DNA from: Gammaproteobacteria bacterium
GTDB taxonomy: Bacteria > Pseudomonadota > Gammaproteobacteria > SZUA-140
NCBI GenBank assembly: GCA_015488555.1
Contig: WFNO01000066.1
Coordinates: forward strand, 1,842-65,841
Length of the DNA: 64,000 bases
Direction: 5' to 3'
Part shown: positions 30,240 to 41,532 of the stretch, one piece after another
Layout of the letters: the number at the start of each line of letters is the position of its first letter
Position numbering within the stretch: position 1 is the stretch's first letter
The notes under the pieces: generated by a model
The model's input: only the letters and a program-made list of their open reading frames with translations
Databases searched by the model: none
Told to the model about the DNA's origin: nothing
Translations under genes and position numbers: made by a program

Positions 30240-30311
30240 TAAGGGCTTTGAAAACAGGGTCAGCGGTATCTTTGCCGTGCCATCCCATACTTGGTAGCGA
30301 AGGAGACGGTA

Positions 30312-31799
30312 GTGAGCAGTTCCCACGACAAGCCCAGCGAGAAATTCAAACTGTGGTCCTTCAGCGGCAGGGTTCGGATCCTACACCTGACTTGGTTCGC
30401 TTTCTTCCTCAGCTTCTTCGTGTGGTTCAACCACGCCCCCTTGCTGGGCGCCATCCGGGAATCCCTGCAGCTTAGCGAGCAGGAAGTAAAGGCCCTGCTC
30501 ATTCTCAACGTGGCCCTCACCATTCCCGCACGCATCGTAGTGGGCATGCTGGTGGACCGCTTTGGCCCGCGCATCCTGTTCGCCGCTCTGCTCAGCATCG
30601 CCGCCGTCATCTGCTTCGGCTTCGCCTTTGCCGAGGACTATCAACAGATGGCTATCCTGCGTTTCCTGCTGGGCTTCGTGGGCGCGGGCTTCGTCATCGG
30701 CATCCGCCTCATTGCCGAATGGTTCCCGGCCCGGGAGGTTGGCCTGGCGGAAGGGATCTATGGCGGTTGGGGCAACTTCGGCTCCGCCGCCGCGGCCATC
30801 ACCCTGCCCACCCTGGCCCTGGCCTTCGGCGGCGAGGACGGCTGGCGCTATGCCATCGCTACCACCGGTGTCATCGCCTTGCTCTACGCCCTGGTGTTCT
30901 ACCGTCTGGCCCGCAACACCCCCAAAGGCTCCACCTATTTCAAACCCAAGAAGAGCGGCGCCCTGGAGGTGACCAGCCCCGGCGACTTCTTCCTCTATAT
31001 CATCATGTGCCTGCCGCTCTACGTCGCCTTGGCTTTGCTGGTATGGAAACTCGGACCGGAACAGCTCGCCATGCTGGGCACCGCCCTGACCTACACGCTC
31101 TACGGCCTGCTGGCAGTGTTGTTCCTCTATCAAGCGATGCATATCCACCGCGTCAACCGCCACGTCTTCGAAAAACCGGTGCCGGAGTTGGAACGCTACA
31201 AGTTCAAGCAAGTAGCCATTCTCAACCTGGCCTATCTGGTCACTTTTGGCTCGGAGCTGGCAGTGGTTTCCATGCTGCCCTTGTTCTTCCAGGACACCTT
31301 CGGCCTGTCGCTGGTGATGGCAGGCCTGCTGGCCTCCGGCTATGCCTTCATGAATCTGGTCTCGCGTCCCACCGGCGGCCTGTGGAGTGATCGTTTCGGC
31401 CGCCGCCGCACCCTGGCCCTGTTGCTGGCCGGTCTGGTGGTAGGTTATCTGCTCATGAGCCAGATCCACAGCGGCTGGCCGGTGGCGCTGGCGGTGGTGG
31501 TGGCCATGCTCTGCTCTTTCTTCGTACAAGCGGGAGAAGGAGCGGTGTTCGCCATGGTACCCCTGGTGAAGCGACGCCTCACCGGCCAGATCGCCGGCAT
31601 GACCGGGGCTTACGGCAACGTAGGTGCTGTGCTCTTCCTCACCGTGCTGTCCTTCGTCTCCCCTCAGACCTTCTTCCTGGTGATCGCCGGGATGGCCTTG
31701 CTGGTGCTGGTGGCGGTATGGTTCTTTCTCGACGAACCCAAGGGACACATGGTGGAGACCCTGCCCGACGGCACAGTACAGATGATCGAAGTGAATTGA
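30312..31799 (+). CDS. narK: Nitrate/nitrite transporter (MFS, NarK/NasA family)
   Basis: GTG start preceded by AAGGAG gives [15 protein letters not shown]... The 12-TM MFS body has NNP-family motifs. The ORF track started 7 codons earlier at a TTG. Confidence 0.85.
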   Translation: MSSSHDKPSEKFKLWSFSGRVRILHLTWFAFFLSFFVWFNHAPLLGAIRESLQLSEQEVKALLILNVALTIPARIVVGMLVDRFGPRILFAALLSIAAVICFGFAFAEDYQQMAILRFLLGFVGAGFVIGIRLIAEWFPAREVGLAEGIYGGWGNFGSAAAAITLPTLALAFGGEDGWRYAIATTGVIALLYALVFYRLARNTPKGSTYFKPKKSGALEVTSPGDFFLYIIMCLPLYVALALLVWKLGPEQLAMLGTALTYTLYGLLAVLFLYQAMHIHRVNRHVFEKPVPELERYKFKQVAILNLAYLVTFGSELAVVSMLPLFFQDTFGLSLVMAGLLASGYAFMNLVSRPTGGLWSDRFGRRRTLALLLAGLVVGYLLMSQIHSGWPVALAVVVAMLCSFFVQAGEGAVFAMVPLVKRRLTGQIAGMTGAYGNVGAVLFLTVLSFVSPQTFFLVIAGMALLVLVAVWFFLDEPKGHMVETLPDGTVQMIEVN

Positions 31800-31867
31800 T
31801 TCGGAAGGGACCGCCCGCTGGCTGCTATGGTTCCCAGGAGTGCATGGATCCCCCGTCCCCGCCACGC

Positions 31868-33574
31868 ATGAATACCGCTCTCGCCATCGACGCCGGCCAA
31901 TACAGCAGCGCCGGCCTCAAGGAGAACAACGAGGACGCCTGCGGCATCCGCATCCCGGACGAGCCCTTGCTGACCACCAAGGGCATCGCCGCCGTGATCG
32001 CCGACGGCGTGAGCAGCAGCGCCGGCGGCCGCGAGGCCAGCGAGACTTGCGTGCAGGGCTTTCTCAACGACTACTACAGCACTCCCGAATCCTGGGTGGT
32101 GAAGACCTCTGGCCAGCGGGTACTGGGGGCGCTCAACCGCTGGCTGCACGGGCAAGGCCAGCACAAATACCGCTCCGCCCACGGCATGATCACCACCTTG
32201 AGCGCCCTGGTGATCAAATCCTGCACCGCCCATCTGTTCCACGTGGGCGACACGCGCATCTACCGCCTGCGCAACGGCGAATTGGAATGTCTGACCCGCG
32301 ACCACCAATTGTGGTCGGCGGGCGAGAAGACCTTTCTGTGCCGCGCCATGGGCGCCGACACCCATGTGGAGATCGACTACCGCAGCCTGCCCGTGGAGGC
32401 CGGCGATCTGTTCCTGCTCACCACTGACGGCGTCCACGGCTGGCTGGCCGCGCGCGACCTCCGGGCCCTGCTCGAGCGCCACCGGCAACATCCGGAACAG
32501 GCTGCACGCATGCTGGTGCAGGAGGCCCTGGCGCGGGGCAGCGAGGATAATGCCACCTGCCAGGTGGTCGCCGTGCGCAGCCTCCCTCAACTAGACGAAG
32601 AGGCCTTCTACCGCCAGTTGGTGGAACTGCCCTTCCCACCGCCCCTGGAAGACGGCATGGTGCTGGACGGCTACCGCATCCTGCGCGAACTACACGCCAG
32701 CAATCGTACCCAGGTCTATCTGGCGCTGGACACCGAGACAAGGGAAAAAGTGGTGCTCAAAACCCCCTCTGTGAACTACGAGGACGATGCCGCCTACATT
32801 GACCGCTTCCTGCACGAGGAATGGGCGGGACGGCGCATCCACAATCCCCATGTCCTGCGGGTACTGGAACCGCGGCGGCGGCGGCGCTTCCTCTACTACG
32901 TCACGGAATACGTGGAAGGTCAGACCTTGCGCCAGTGGATACACGACCATCCACTGCCTAGCCCAGCCGAGGTGCGCCCCCTGGTGGAACAGATGGCTGC
33001 CGGCCTGCGCGCCTTCCACCGCCAAGAAATGATCCACCAAGACCTCAAGCCCGAGAACATCCTCATCGACACACATGGCACGGTAAAACTCCTGGATTTT
33101 GGTTCCACACGCATCGCCGGCATCCAGGAAATCGCCTCACCCTTGCACCACGACCATCCCTTGGGCACCCTGGATTATGCTGCCCCCGAATACTTTCGCG
33201 GCTATCCGGGCACGTCCCGTTCGGATCTCTATTCCCTGGGGGTCATCACCTACGAAATGCTCACCGGCCACCTGCCCTATGGCGGACCCCTGTCGGCACG
33301 CAACCTAAAACGCGTCCGCTATCGTCCCGCCGGGCGGCACAATCCGGAAGTGCCGCTCTGGATGGACAAGGCCTTGCAGAAGGCCGTGCATCTCCAGCCC
33401 CAGCGGCGCTACGAGAGTCTGTCCGAGTTCACCTACGATCTATCCCATCCCAATCCCGCCTTTCTCCAGGAGGATGTCCCGCTCCTAGAACGCGATCCCA
33501 CTGCCTTCTGGCGTGCCCTGGCCCTGCTGGAAGCCCTGGCGCTATTGGCGCTGCTCTTGTACCTGGCACACTGA
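31868..33574 (+). CDS. Bifunctional PP2C-type Ser/Thr phosphatase / Ser/Thr protein kinase
   Basis: N-terminal PP2C fold (MNTALAIDAGQYS...ADGVSS...EDNATC) and C-terminal Hanks kinase (HQDLKPENIL, DFG, APE). An alternative ATG at 31844 has a tight AGGAG. Confidence 0.8.
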   Translation: MNTALAIDAGQYSSAGLKENNEDACGIRIPDEPLLTTKGIAAVIADGVSSSAGGREASETCVQGFLNDYYSTPESWVVKTSGQRVLGALNRWLHGQGQHKYRSAHGMITTLSALVIKSCTAHLFHVGDTRIYRLRNGELECLTRDHQLWSAGEKTFLCRAMGADTHVEIDYRSLPVEAGDLFLLTTDGVHGWLAARDLRALLERHRQHPEQAARMLVQEALARGSEDNATCQVVAVRSLPQLDEEAFYRQLVELPFPPPLEDGMVLDGYRILRELHASNRTQVYLALDTETREKVVLKTPSVNYEDDAAYIDRFLHEEWAGRRIHNPHVLRVLEPRRRRRFLYYVTEYVEGQTLRQWIHDHPLPSPAEVRPLVEQMAAGLRAFHRQEMIHQDLKPENILIDTHGTVKLLDFGSTRIAGIQEIASPLHHDHPLGTLDYAAPEYFRGYPGTSRSDLYSLGVITYEMLTGHLPYGGPLSARNLKRVRYRPAGRHNPEVPLWMDKALQKAVHLQPQRRYESLSEFTYDLSHPNPAFLQEDVPLLERDPTAFWRALALLEALALLALLLYLAH

Positions 33575-34058
33575 ATCGGAAAGAGGCCAAAACGAAGGGA
33601 AGCCGGATCACGTCTCGATGCTTCCGTCTGGATTAAACTCCACAATCGAATCGGGCTAATCCCGATACAGAAATCCACCTCCTGTAGCATCCCGTGTGCG
33701 CGGGCACCCGAACCAAAGCGCCTTTACGCAAAGCATGGTATCTCCTTATGGAATGGGCTTTTGCAATCGTCAGGTCGATCCTGCCGGCTCGGCTACCTGC
33801 ATTGGAACCAGGACCAGATAAAAGTCCTTACGATTAAAGCCTCATTCAGCGGGCCTCTGGACGGACGGCCTGTTAGGCGCGCCGATGTCGGCATGGCCCG
33901 AGCTATGCCAAGGAGGCGCAACACCGCCGCCGCGGCCGTGGCACACGCCCCCTCATTCTCACCCAGGCGCCCGCCATCCCGGCCGAATATGCCGGTAAGA
34001 CCTGTACTCCACCGCAAGATCACCCGGCACGCGGCCGTGGGAAATCTTGAGATAGGTT

Positions 34059-35975
<1,917 letters not shown>

Positions 35976-36037
35976 CGCCGCCCTATAATACCGCTTTTGG
36001 AATGCGTATCCTGCCCCGGGACGAAAAAGGTTCTCGC

Positions 36038-36904
36038 ATGACCCTGGACGAAAAGTGGTTTACGGAGATCTGTGAAGAGGGCGGCAGTGCCTTCTCTCTC
36101 AAGATCAAGGCCAAGCTGCACGAAGAGCGCACCCCCTATCAGACCATCGCCATCTACGAGACCGAGACCTTCGGTAATCTCATGGTGATTGATGGCTTCA
36201 TCATGCTCAGCAGCCGCGACAATTTCCTCTATCACGAGATGCTGGCCCATCCGGCCCTATTCACCCACGAAGGCCCGCGCCGGGTGCTCATCATCGGCGG
36301 AGGCGACTGCGGCACCCTGCAGGAAGTGCTGCGCCACGAGGAAGTGGAAGAGGTGTGGCAGGTGGAGATCGACGAGCGGGTCACGCGCCTGGCGGAGCGG
36401 TATTTCCCGGAATTGTGCGCCGCCAACGGCGATCCACGGGCCCATTTCCATTTCGGGGATGGCATCCAGTGGGTCCGGGACGCCGCCGCGGAGAGCTATG
36501 ACGTGATCATCGTGGACAGCACCGATCCCATCGGTCCGGCGGAGGGCCTGTTCGCCGAACCCTTCTACCGGGACTGCCGGCGCATCCTGCGCCCCGGCGG
36601 TATTCTGGTACAACAGAGCGAATCCCCCCTGTACCACCTGGACATCATCCGGGACATGCGCGCGGCCATGTCAGGCGCGGGATTCGAGACGCTGATGACC
36701 CTGCATTTCCCGCAATGCGTCTACCCCACCGGCTGGTGGACGGCCACCATGGCGGGCAAGGGCCGCGACCTGACGCGTTTCCGGGAAGCCGACGCCGCGG
36801 CGCGCCGTTTTCCCACGCGCTATTACAGCGCCGACATCCACCGCGCCGCGTTGGCCCAGCCCCCCTTCTTCAGCGCCGCCCTTTCTTCCCGCACCAGTGC
36901 TTGA
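36038..36904 (+). CDS. speE: Spermidine synthase (polyamine aminopropyltransferase)
   Basis: Internal ATG MTLDEKWFTE... with motifs FLYHEM and VLIIGGGDGG-like GGGDCG. Divergent from speA. Confidence 0.9.
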   Translation: MTLDEKWFTEICEEGGSAFSLKIKAKLHEERTPYQTIAIYETETFGNLMVIDGFIMLSSRDNFLYHEMLAHPALFTHEGPRRVLIIGGGDCGTLQEVLRHEEVEEVWQVEIDERVTRLAERYFPELCAANGDPRAHFHFGDGIQWVRDAAAESYDVIIVDSTDPIGPAEGLFAEPFYRDCRRILRPGGILVQQSESPLYHLDIIRDMRAAMSGAGFETLMTLHFPQCVYPTGWWTATMAGKGRDLTRFREADAAARRFPTRYYSADIHRAALAQPPFFSAALSSRTSA

Positions 36905-37361
36905 CGTCGCGGCGGGCCTTCTCCAGCACCGCCTCCCGTTCGGCCTCGGTGAGCCAGATACGCGCGCCGCTCTCGTCCACCCGGTACATGCGTGAAATGC
37001 GCTCGTTGCGCGCCAGGTTCTCGCGCGCGAGCGCGCAGTTCTTGCGGCGCTGTTTGCGGCGTTCCCGCTCGGCCTTGCGCGCTTCGGCCGGAGACAGGGC
37101 CGCCTGTTGCCGGCCGTCGCCGGCTGCCGCGGCCTGCTCCTCGGCCTTCTTGGGCGCGGGCTCGGCGGGGGGAGGCTCTTCCACGTAGCGGCCACCGGTG
37201 CGTACCTGCACCGACTCCACCGCGTGTCCCCGGGGCTGGTCGCTGAAATGCACCCGGCCGCGTTCGTCCACCCATTTGTAGACGGTGACCGCAGGCGCGG
37301 CGCCGGCGGCCAGCGCCAGGACCACGCCACAGCACAAGGGAAGGAACGGTATTCTCTCCAT
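36870..37361 (-). CDS. DUF4124-domain periplasmic protein
   Basis: Internal Met gives MERIPFLPLCCGVVLALAAGAAPA|VTVYKWVDERGRVHFSDQP, the DUF4124 signature, plus a charged C-terminal tail. Its 3' end overlaps the speE 3' end by about 35 nt. Confidence 0.6.
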   Translation of the reverse strand: MERIPFLPLCCGVVLALAAGAAPAVTVYKWVDERGRVHFSDQPRGHAVESVQVRTGGRYVEEPPPAEPAPKKAEEQAAAAGDGRQQAALSPAEARKAERERRKQRRKNCALARENLARNERISRMYRVDESGARIWLTEAEREAVLEKARRDVKHWCGKKGRR

Positions 37362-37444
37362 GCCCTCTATATCGGCAAGACAGCCGGGATCTTGCCCCCG
37401 GCGGGTGTGACGGAATCGGCGTTTTCGGCCACCGGCTCCGGGGC

Positions 37445-38236
37445 TCAGCCGGAGAGCCGGTCCAGGCGCAGGCGCTGGCGCTCGTCGAACAGGCGCCGCG
37501 AGGCCACTGCCACCGCCGCCACGGTCCCGAAACCCGTACCGGAGGCGATCATGAACATGATGAGGATCTGGTAATTCACGGCTTCCAGGGGTGGGGCGCC
37601 GGCCAGGATCTGTCCGGTCATCATGCCCGGCAGGCTGACGATGCCGGCGGCGGCCATGGCATTGATGATGGGAATCATGCCCGCACGGATACTCTCGCGC
37701 CGCGGGGCGGCGATGGCCGTGCGCCAATCGTGACCCAGCGTGAGATGAGCCTCGATGGCCCCGCGCTGCTGCCAGGCCTGTTGTGTGAGGCGGTCCAGGG
37801 CGATGGCGATGCCGTTCATGGTGTTGCCGAACATCATGCCCAGCAAGGGGATGCTGTATTGCGGCGCATACCAGGGCTCGGGCTGCACCACCACCAGCAA
37901 GGCCAGCAAGGTGATGGTGAAGGTGGAAACGAACATGGACAGGGTCCCCACGCCATAACCCCAGACTCCACGCAGGCGCCGCTGCTGGCGGGCCCACACC
38001 TCGCGCCCAGCCACCAGGAGCATGAACAAGGACACGGGCAGGAGCCACAGGGGATGGAGTTCGGTGAACAGGACCTTGAGCACCAGACCCACGAGCAGGA
38101 GCTGCACCACCGTGCGCAGGGCCGCCACCAGGAGCGAGGCAGTCAGCCCCAGGCGCAGCCACCACGACAGGCCTCCCAGGGCCAGTACCAGCAAGGCCGC
38201 CAGCAGCAGATCCCAAGGCGTGAGACTGACCATCAT
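37445..38236 (-). CDS. fetB: Iron-export ABC transporter permease FetB (UPF0014/YbbM family)
   Basis: Internal MMVSL... start overlaps the fetA stop. Multi-TM permease. Confidence 0.8.
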   Translation of the reverse strand: MMVSLTPWDLLLAALLVLALGGLSWWLRLGLTASLLVAALRTVVQLLLVGLVLKVLFTELHPLWLLPVSLFMLLVAGREVWARQQRRLRGVWGYGVGTLSMFVSTFTITLLALLVVVQPEPWYAPQYSIPLLGMMFGNTMNGIAIALDRLTQQAWQQRGAIEAHLTLGHDWRTAIAAPRRESIRAGMIPIINAMAAAGIVSLPGMMTGQILAGAPPLEAVNYQILIMFMIASGTGFGTVAAVAVASRRLFDERQRLRLDRLSG

Positions 38237-38892
38237 GACGGCAGCGCCTGGACCTGCAGGCGGCCATGCACGAGGCGGTAGTGGCGCGCAGCCACACGCG
38301 CGATCTGCGCCGGATCGTGGCTCACCCAGAACACCGGCGCGCGGCGCTGCGCACACCAGACCGTCACGAACGCCTCCACCCGCCGGGTATTGTGTGGATC
38401 CAGCGCCCCGGTGGGTTCGTCCAGCAACAAGACCTCGGGATCGCCTGCCAAGAGGCGTAACAAGGCCAGCCGCTGGCGTTCGCCGCTGGACAGGCGGCTC
38501 AAAGGCCGCGCCATCAGTTCAGGGGCCAGCCCCAGCGCCGCCAGCACTTCAGGGGGCGGCGGCGGAAAATGCGCCGCAGCGGTATCCGCCCACCAGTGAC
38601 TCTCGGCAGGAAGGTAGGCTACGCGGCGGCGCCATTCGGGCCCCGGCAGAGTGCTGCAGGCCGTCCCATCCAACCAGACCTCGCCCGCGTGCGGCTCCAG
38701 ATCAGCCACCGCCCGCAAGAGCAGGGTCTTGCCGGAACCGGAGTGGCCGGATAGACACACGCATTCGCCGCGTTTCACTTCGAGACTCACAGGACCCACC
38801 GGACCGATGACCAGATCTTGGATACGTAAACTCAATCCTCGTTTTCCAACTTCTGCTTTCCAGGCCTCTGCAAACCTGCCATGCACCACCAT
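38233..38892 (-). CDS. fetA: Iron-export ABC transporter ATP-binding protein FetA (YbbL family)
   Basis: Walker A GHSGSGKT, ABC signature LSSGERQRL and Walker B LLLDEP. Confidence 0.8.
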   Translation of the reverse strand: MVVHGRFAEAWKAEVGKRGLSLRIQDLVIGPVGPVSLEVKRGECVCLSGHSGSGKTLLLRAVADLEPHAGEVWLDGTACSTLPGPEWRRRVAYLPAESHWWADTAAAHFPPPPPEVLAALGLAPELMARPLSRLSSGERQRLALLRLLAGDPEVLLLDEPTGALDPHNTRRVEAFVTVWCAQRRAPVFWVSHDPAQIARVAARHYRLVHGRLQVQALPS

Positions 38893-38951
38893 GGTACACT
38901 ATGGGCGCTCTCGAACCGCTTTCTCGGCGATCAACAGGTAAGGAGGTTATC

Positions 38952-39191
38952 ATGTCCGATCCCGTCGTCGCACAGAAATCCCCCTACGTGCTCAACCTGG
39001 AACCCGGCACTTATTACTGGTGCAGTTGCGGCCGTTCGGCCAATCAACCCTTCTGTGACGGCTCCCACAAGGGCACGGATTTCACGCCCAAGGAATTCAC
39101 CGTGGACAGCCCCACCACCGTGGCCTTGTGTGGTTGCAAACACACCCAGGGCCCGCCCTTCTGCGACGGTTCCCACAACGATGTAGAGTAA
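38952..39191 (+). CDS. CDGSH-type iron-sulfur domain protein (two CDGSH motifs)
   Basis: ATG with a perfect SD (TAAGGAGGTtatcATG) gives 79 aa, MSDPVVAQ...CDGSHKG...CDGSHND. Confidence 0.8.
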   Translation: MSDPVVAQKSPYVLNLEPGTYYWCSCGRSANQPFCDGSHKGTDFTPKEFTVDSPTTVALCGCKHTQGPPFCDGSHNDVE

Positions 39192-39216
39192 AAAAACGGG
39201 CGCCCGCAGGCGCCCG
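39190..39216 (-). terminator. Rho-independent terminator downstream of amtB
   Basis: On the minus strand CGGGCGCC-TGCG-GGCGCCCG is followed by T7. It overlaps the 3' end of the CDGSH gene (its stop lies in the run of A) and is only hairpin-like for that gene, which has no T-run after the stem. Confidence 0.6.
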
Positions 39217-39252
39217 TCCATCCCTTCCGTGGAATGTGGGTGATGAGGCGTA

Positions 39253-40530
39253 TCAGAGCCCGGAACCGCGGGTACCCGTGAATTCCGGATAGGCCTCCAG
39301 GCCGCATTCGGCGAGGTCCACGCCCTCGAACTCTTCCTCTTCGCTGACGCGGATACCCATCACCGCTTTGAGCAACAGCCACACCACGAAGCTGGTGATG
39401 AAGACCCAGGCGAGGATGACGCCGATCCCCAGCAACTGCGCGCCGATGGTGGCGTCGGGATTGGTCAGCACCACCGCCAGCAGGCCCCAGATACCTGCCA
39501 CGCCGTGCACGGAAATGGCCCCCACGGGGTCATCGATCTTGAGTTTGTCCAGGGCGACGATGGAATAGACCACCAGCACGCCGCCCAGCGCACCGATCAT
39601 GGTGGCCCACAGCGGCGAGGGGGTGAGCGGCTCAGCGGTGATGGACACCAGGCCGGCCAGGGCCCCGTTCAGCGCCATGGTGAGATCGGCCTTGCCGAAC
39701 ATGAGCCGGGCCGTGATAAGGGCCGCCACGACTCCACCGGCCGCGGCCATGTTGGTGTTGACGAATATGGCGGCCACGGCATTGGCTTCGGCCACGTTGG
39801 AGAGCACGAGTTCCGAACCGCCATTGAACCCGAACCAACCCAGCCAGAGAATGAAAGTTCCCAAGGTAGCCAATGGCATATTGGCTCCGGGCATGGGGTT
39901 GATCTCACCATTGGGCCCATACTTGCCCTTGCGTGGTCCAAGCAACAGCACCCCGGCCAAAGCCGCGGCGGCGCCGGTCATGTGCACCACGCCGGAACCG
40001 GCGAAGTCCAGGAAGCCGGCCTCGTCCAGGAAGCCACCGCCCCACTTCCAGAAGCCCTGGATGGGATAGATGAAGCCGGTCATCACCACGGCGAAGGCCA
40101 AGAAGGCCCACAACTTCATGCGCTCAGCCACGGCACCCGACACGATGGACATGGCGGTGGCCACGAACACCATCTGGAAAAAGAAATCAGCCAGATTGGA
40201 ATAGTAGCTGCCGTCATACCAGGCTGCCGGATCCTGCGCCAGCACCTGTGCCGGATCGTTGTCACCGCCCAGCAGGAAACTCAACCCGGGAATGTACCCG
40301 CCGGCGTATTCGTCGCCCGGGTACATGAGGTTGTAACCCACCACCATGTACATGATGCAGGCGATGGCGAACAGGGCGATGTTCTTGGTCAGGATCTCCG
40401 CCGTGTTCTTGGCGCGGACCATGCCGGCTTCCAGCATGGCAAAGCCGGCGGCCATCCACATGACGAGGGCACCGGTCACCAGAAAATAAAAGGTGTCCAG
40501 TGCGTATTTGGTTTCCAATATCGCTTCCAC
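39253..40530 (-). CDS. amtB: Ammonium transporter AmtB
   Basis: 425 aa, Amt family, 11 TM helices. Confidence 0.95.
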   Translation of the reverse strand: MEAILETKYALDTFYFLVTGALVMWMAAGFAMLEAGMVRAKNTAEILTKNIALFAIACIMYMVVGYNLMYPGDEYAGGYIPGLSFLLGGDNDPAQVLAQDPAAWYDGSYYSNLADFFFQMVFVATAMSIVSGAVAERMKLWAFLAFAVVMTGFIYPIQGFWKWGGGFLDEAGFLDFAGSGVVHMTGAAAALAGVLLLGPRKGKYGPNGEINPMPGANMPLATLGTFILWLGWFGFNGGSELVLSNVAEANAVAAIFVNTNMAAAGGVVAALITARLMFGKADLTMALNGALAGLVSITAEPLTPSPLWATMIGALGGVLVVYSIVALDKLKIDDPVGAISVHGVAGIWGLLAVVLTNPDATIGAQLLGIGVILAWVFITSFVVWLLLKAVMGIRVSEEEEFEGVDLAECGLEAYPEFTGTRGSGL

Positions 40531-40567
40531 TGTTTATTCCTCCGCAACTTCACTCATATCGTCGAAA

Positions 40568-40918
<351 letters not shown>

Positions 40919-40991
40919 CTACTAATACTTAAAGTGTGCTGAACCCCGAAGGCTCTCAGAGCCGAAACAAAGGCCTTGGACATCCTTGTTT

Positions 40992-41007
40992 AGCATCATC
41001 CATGCCA
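40992..41007 (-). promoter_or_regulatory. Weak candidate sigma54 promoter for glnK-amtB
   Basis: Minus strand reads TGGCAT-GGATG-ATGCT with GG-N10-GC spacing, about 85 nt upstream of the glnK ATG. Confidence 0.3.
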
Positions 41008-41190
41008 TGATGTTTTCTATTTAAAATCAACTTGTTATTTATACTTGGACCATTGAGAGCACTTTTTGGGTGCAACTGCGCCCTCGGCAACCCGTGTGAT
41101 GCGCAATTTTGGTGCGCATTACGGCTGATGCATCCGCCGGCCTGCTGGTGTAAGATTCCCCCGAACCCATTCTTCGGTGTACGAAACCTC

Positions 41191-41478
41191 ATGGCGCTGG
41201 ATCCCAAACTGCTGGACGACCTGGGCAAGCGGCTCACGGATGCCCTGCCCGAGAGCGCACGCCTCCTGCAGCAGGACGTGGAAAAAAACCTGCGGGCACT
41301 GGTGGCCAGCACCTTCGACCGCCTGGACCTGGTGACCCGGGAGGAGTTCGAGGTGCAAAAGGGCGTCCTGGAACGCACCCGGCGCAAGCTGGAGGAGCTG
41401 GAGCGGCGGGTGGCCGAACTGGAAGCGGTCCTCCTGGATTCAACGCCCCCACAACAGGAACCGAAAACCGATTCGTGA
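41191..41478 (+). CDS. ubiK: Ubiquinone biosynthesis accessory factor UbiK (YqiC/BMFP family)
   Basis: Internal ATG gives 95 aa, MALDPKLLDDLGKRLTDALPESA..., with a coiled-coil C-terminus. Confidence 0.8.
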   Translation: MALDPKLLDDLGKRLTDALPESARLLQQDVEKNLRALVASTFDRLDLVTREEFEVQKGVLERTRRKLEELERRVAELEAVLLDSTPPQQEPKTDS

Positions 41479-41532
41479 ACACGACCCGCCGTCTCCAGCG
41501 CTTAGCCGAATATGAAGACTCAAGGATGAGCC

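Noticed and set aside
33700-33790. tRNA-like T-arm (GGTCGATCC) in the speA-proximal intergenic region
   Set aside because: No acceptor stem, anticodon arm or CCA could be built. At most a decayed fragment. Kept only as a low-interest finding.
38233-38956. Alternative TTG/ATG starts for fetA and the longer 38901 start for the CDGSH gene
   Set aside because: The CDGSH ATG at 38952 has a perfect SD while the upstream extension has none. The fetA start was left at the ORF-track ATG because no better SD-supported start exists.
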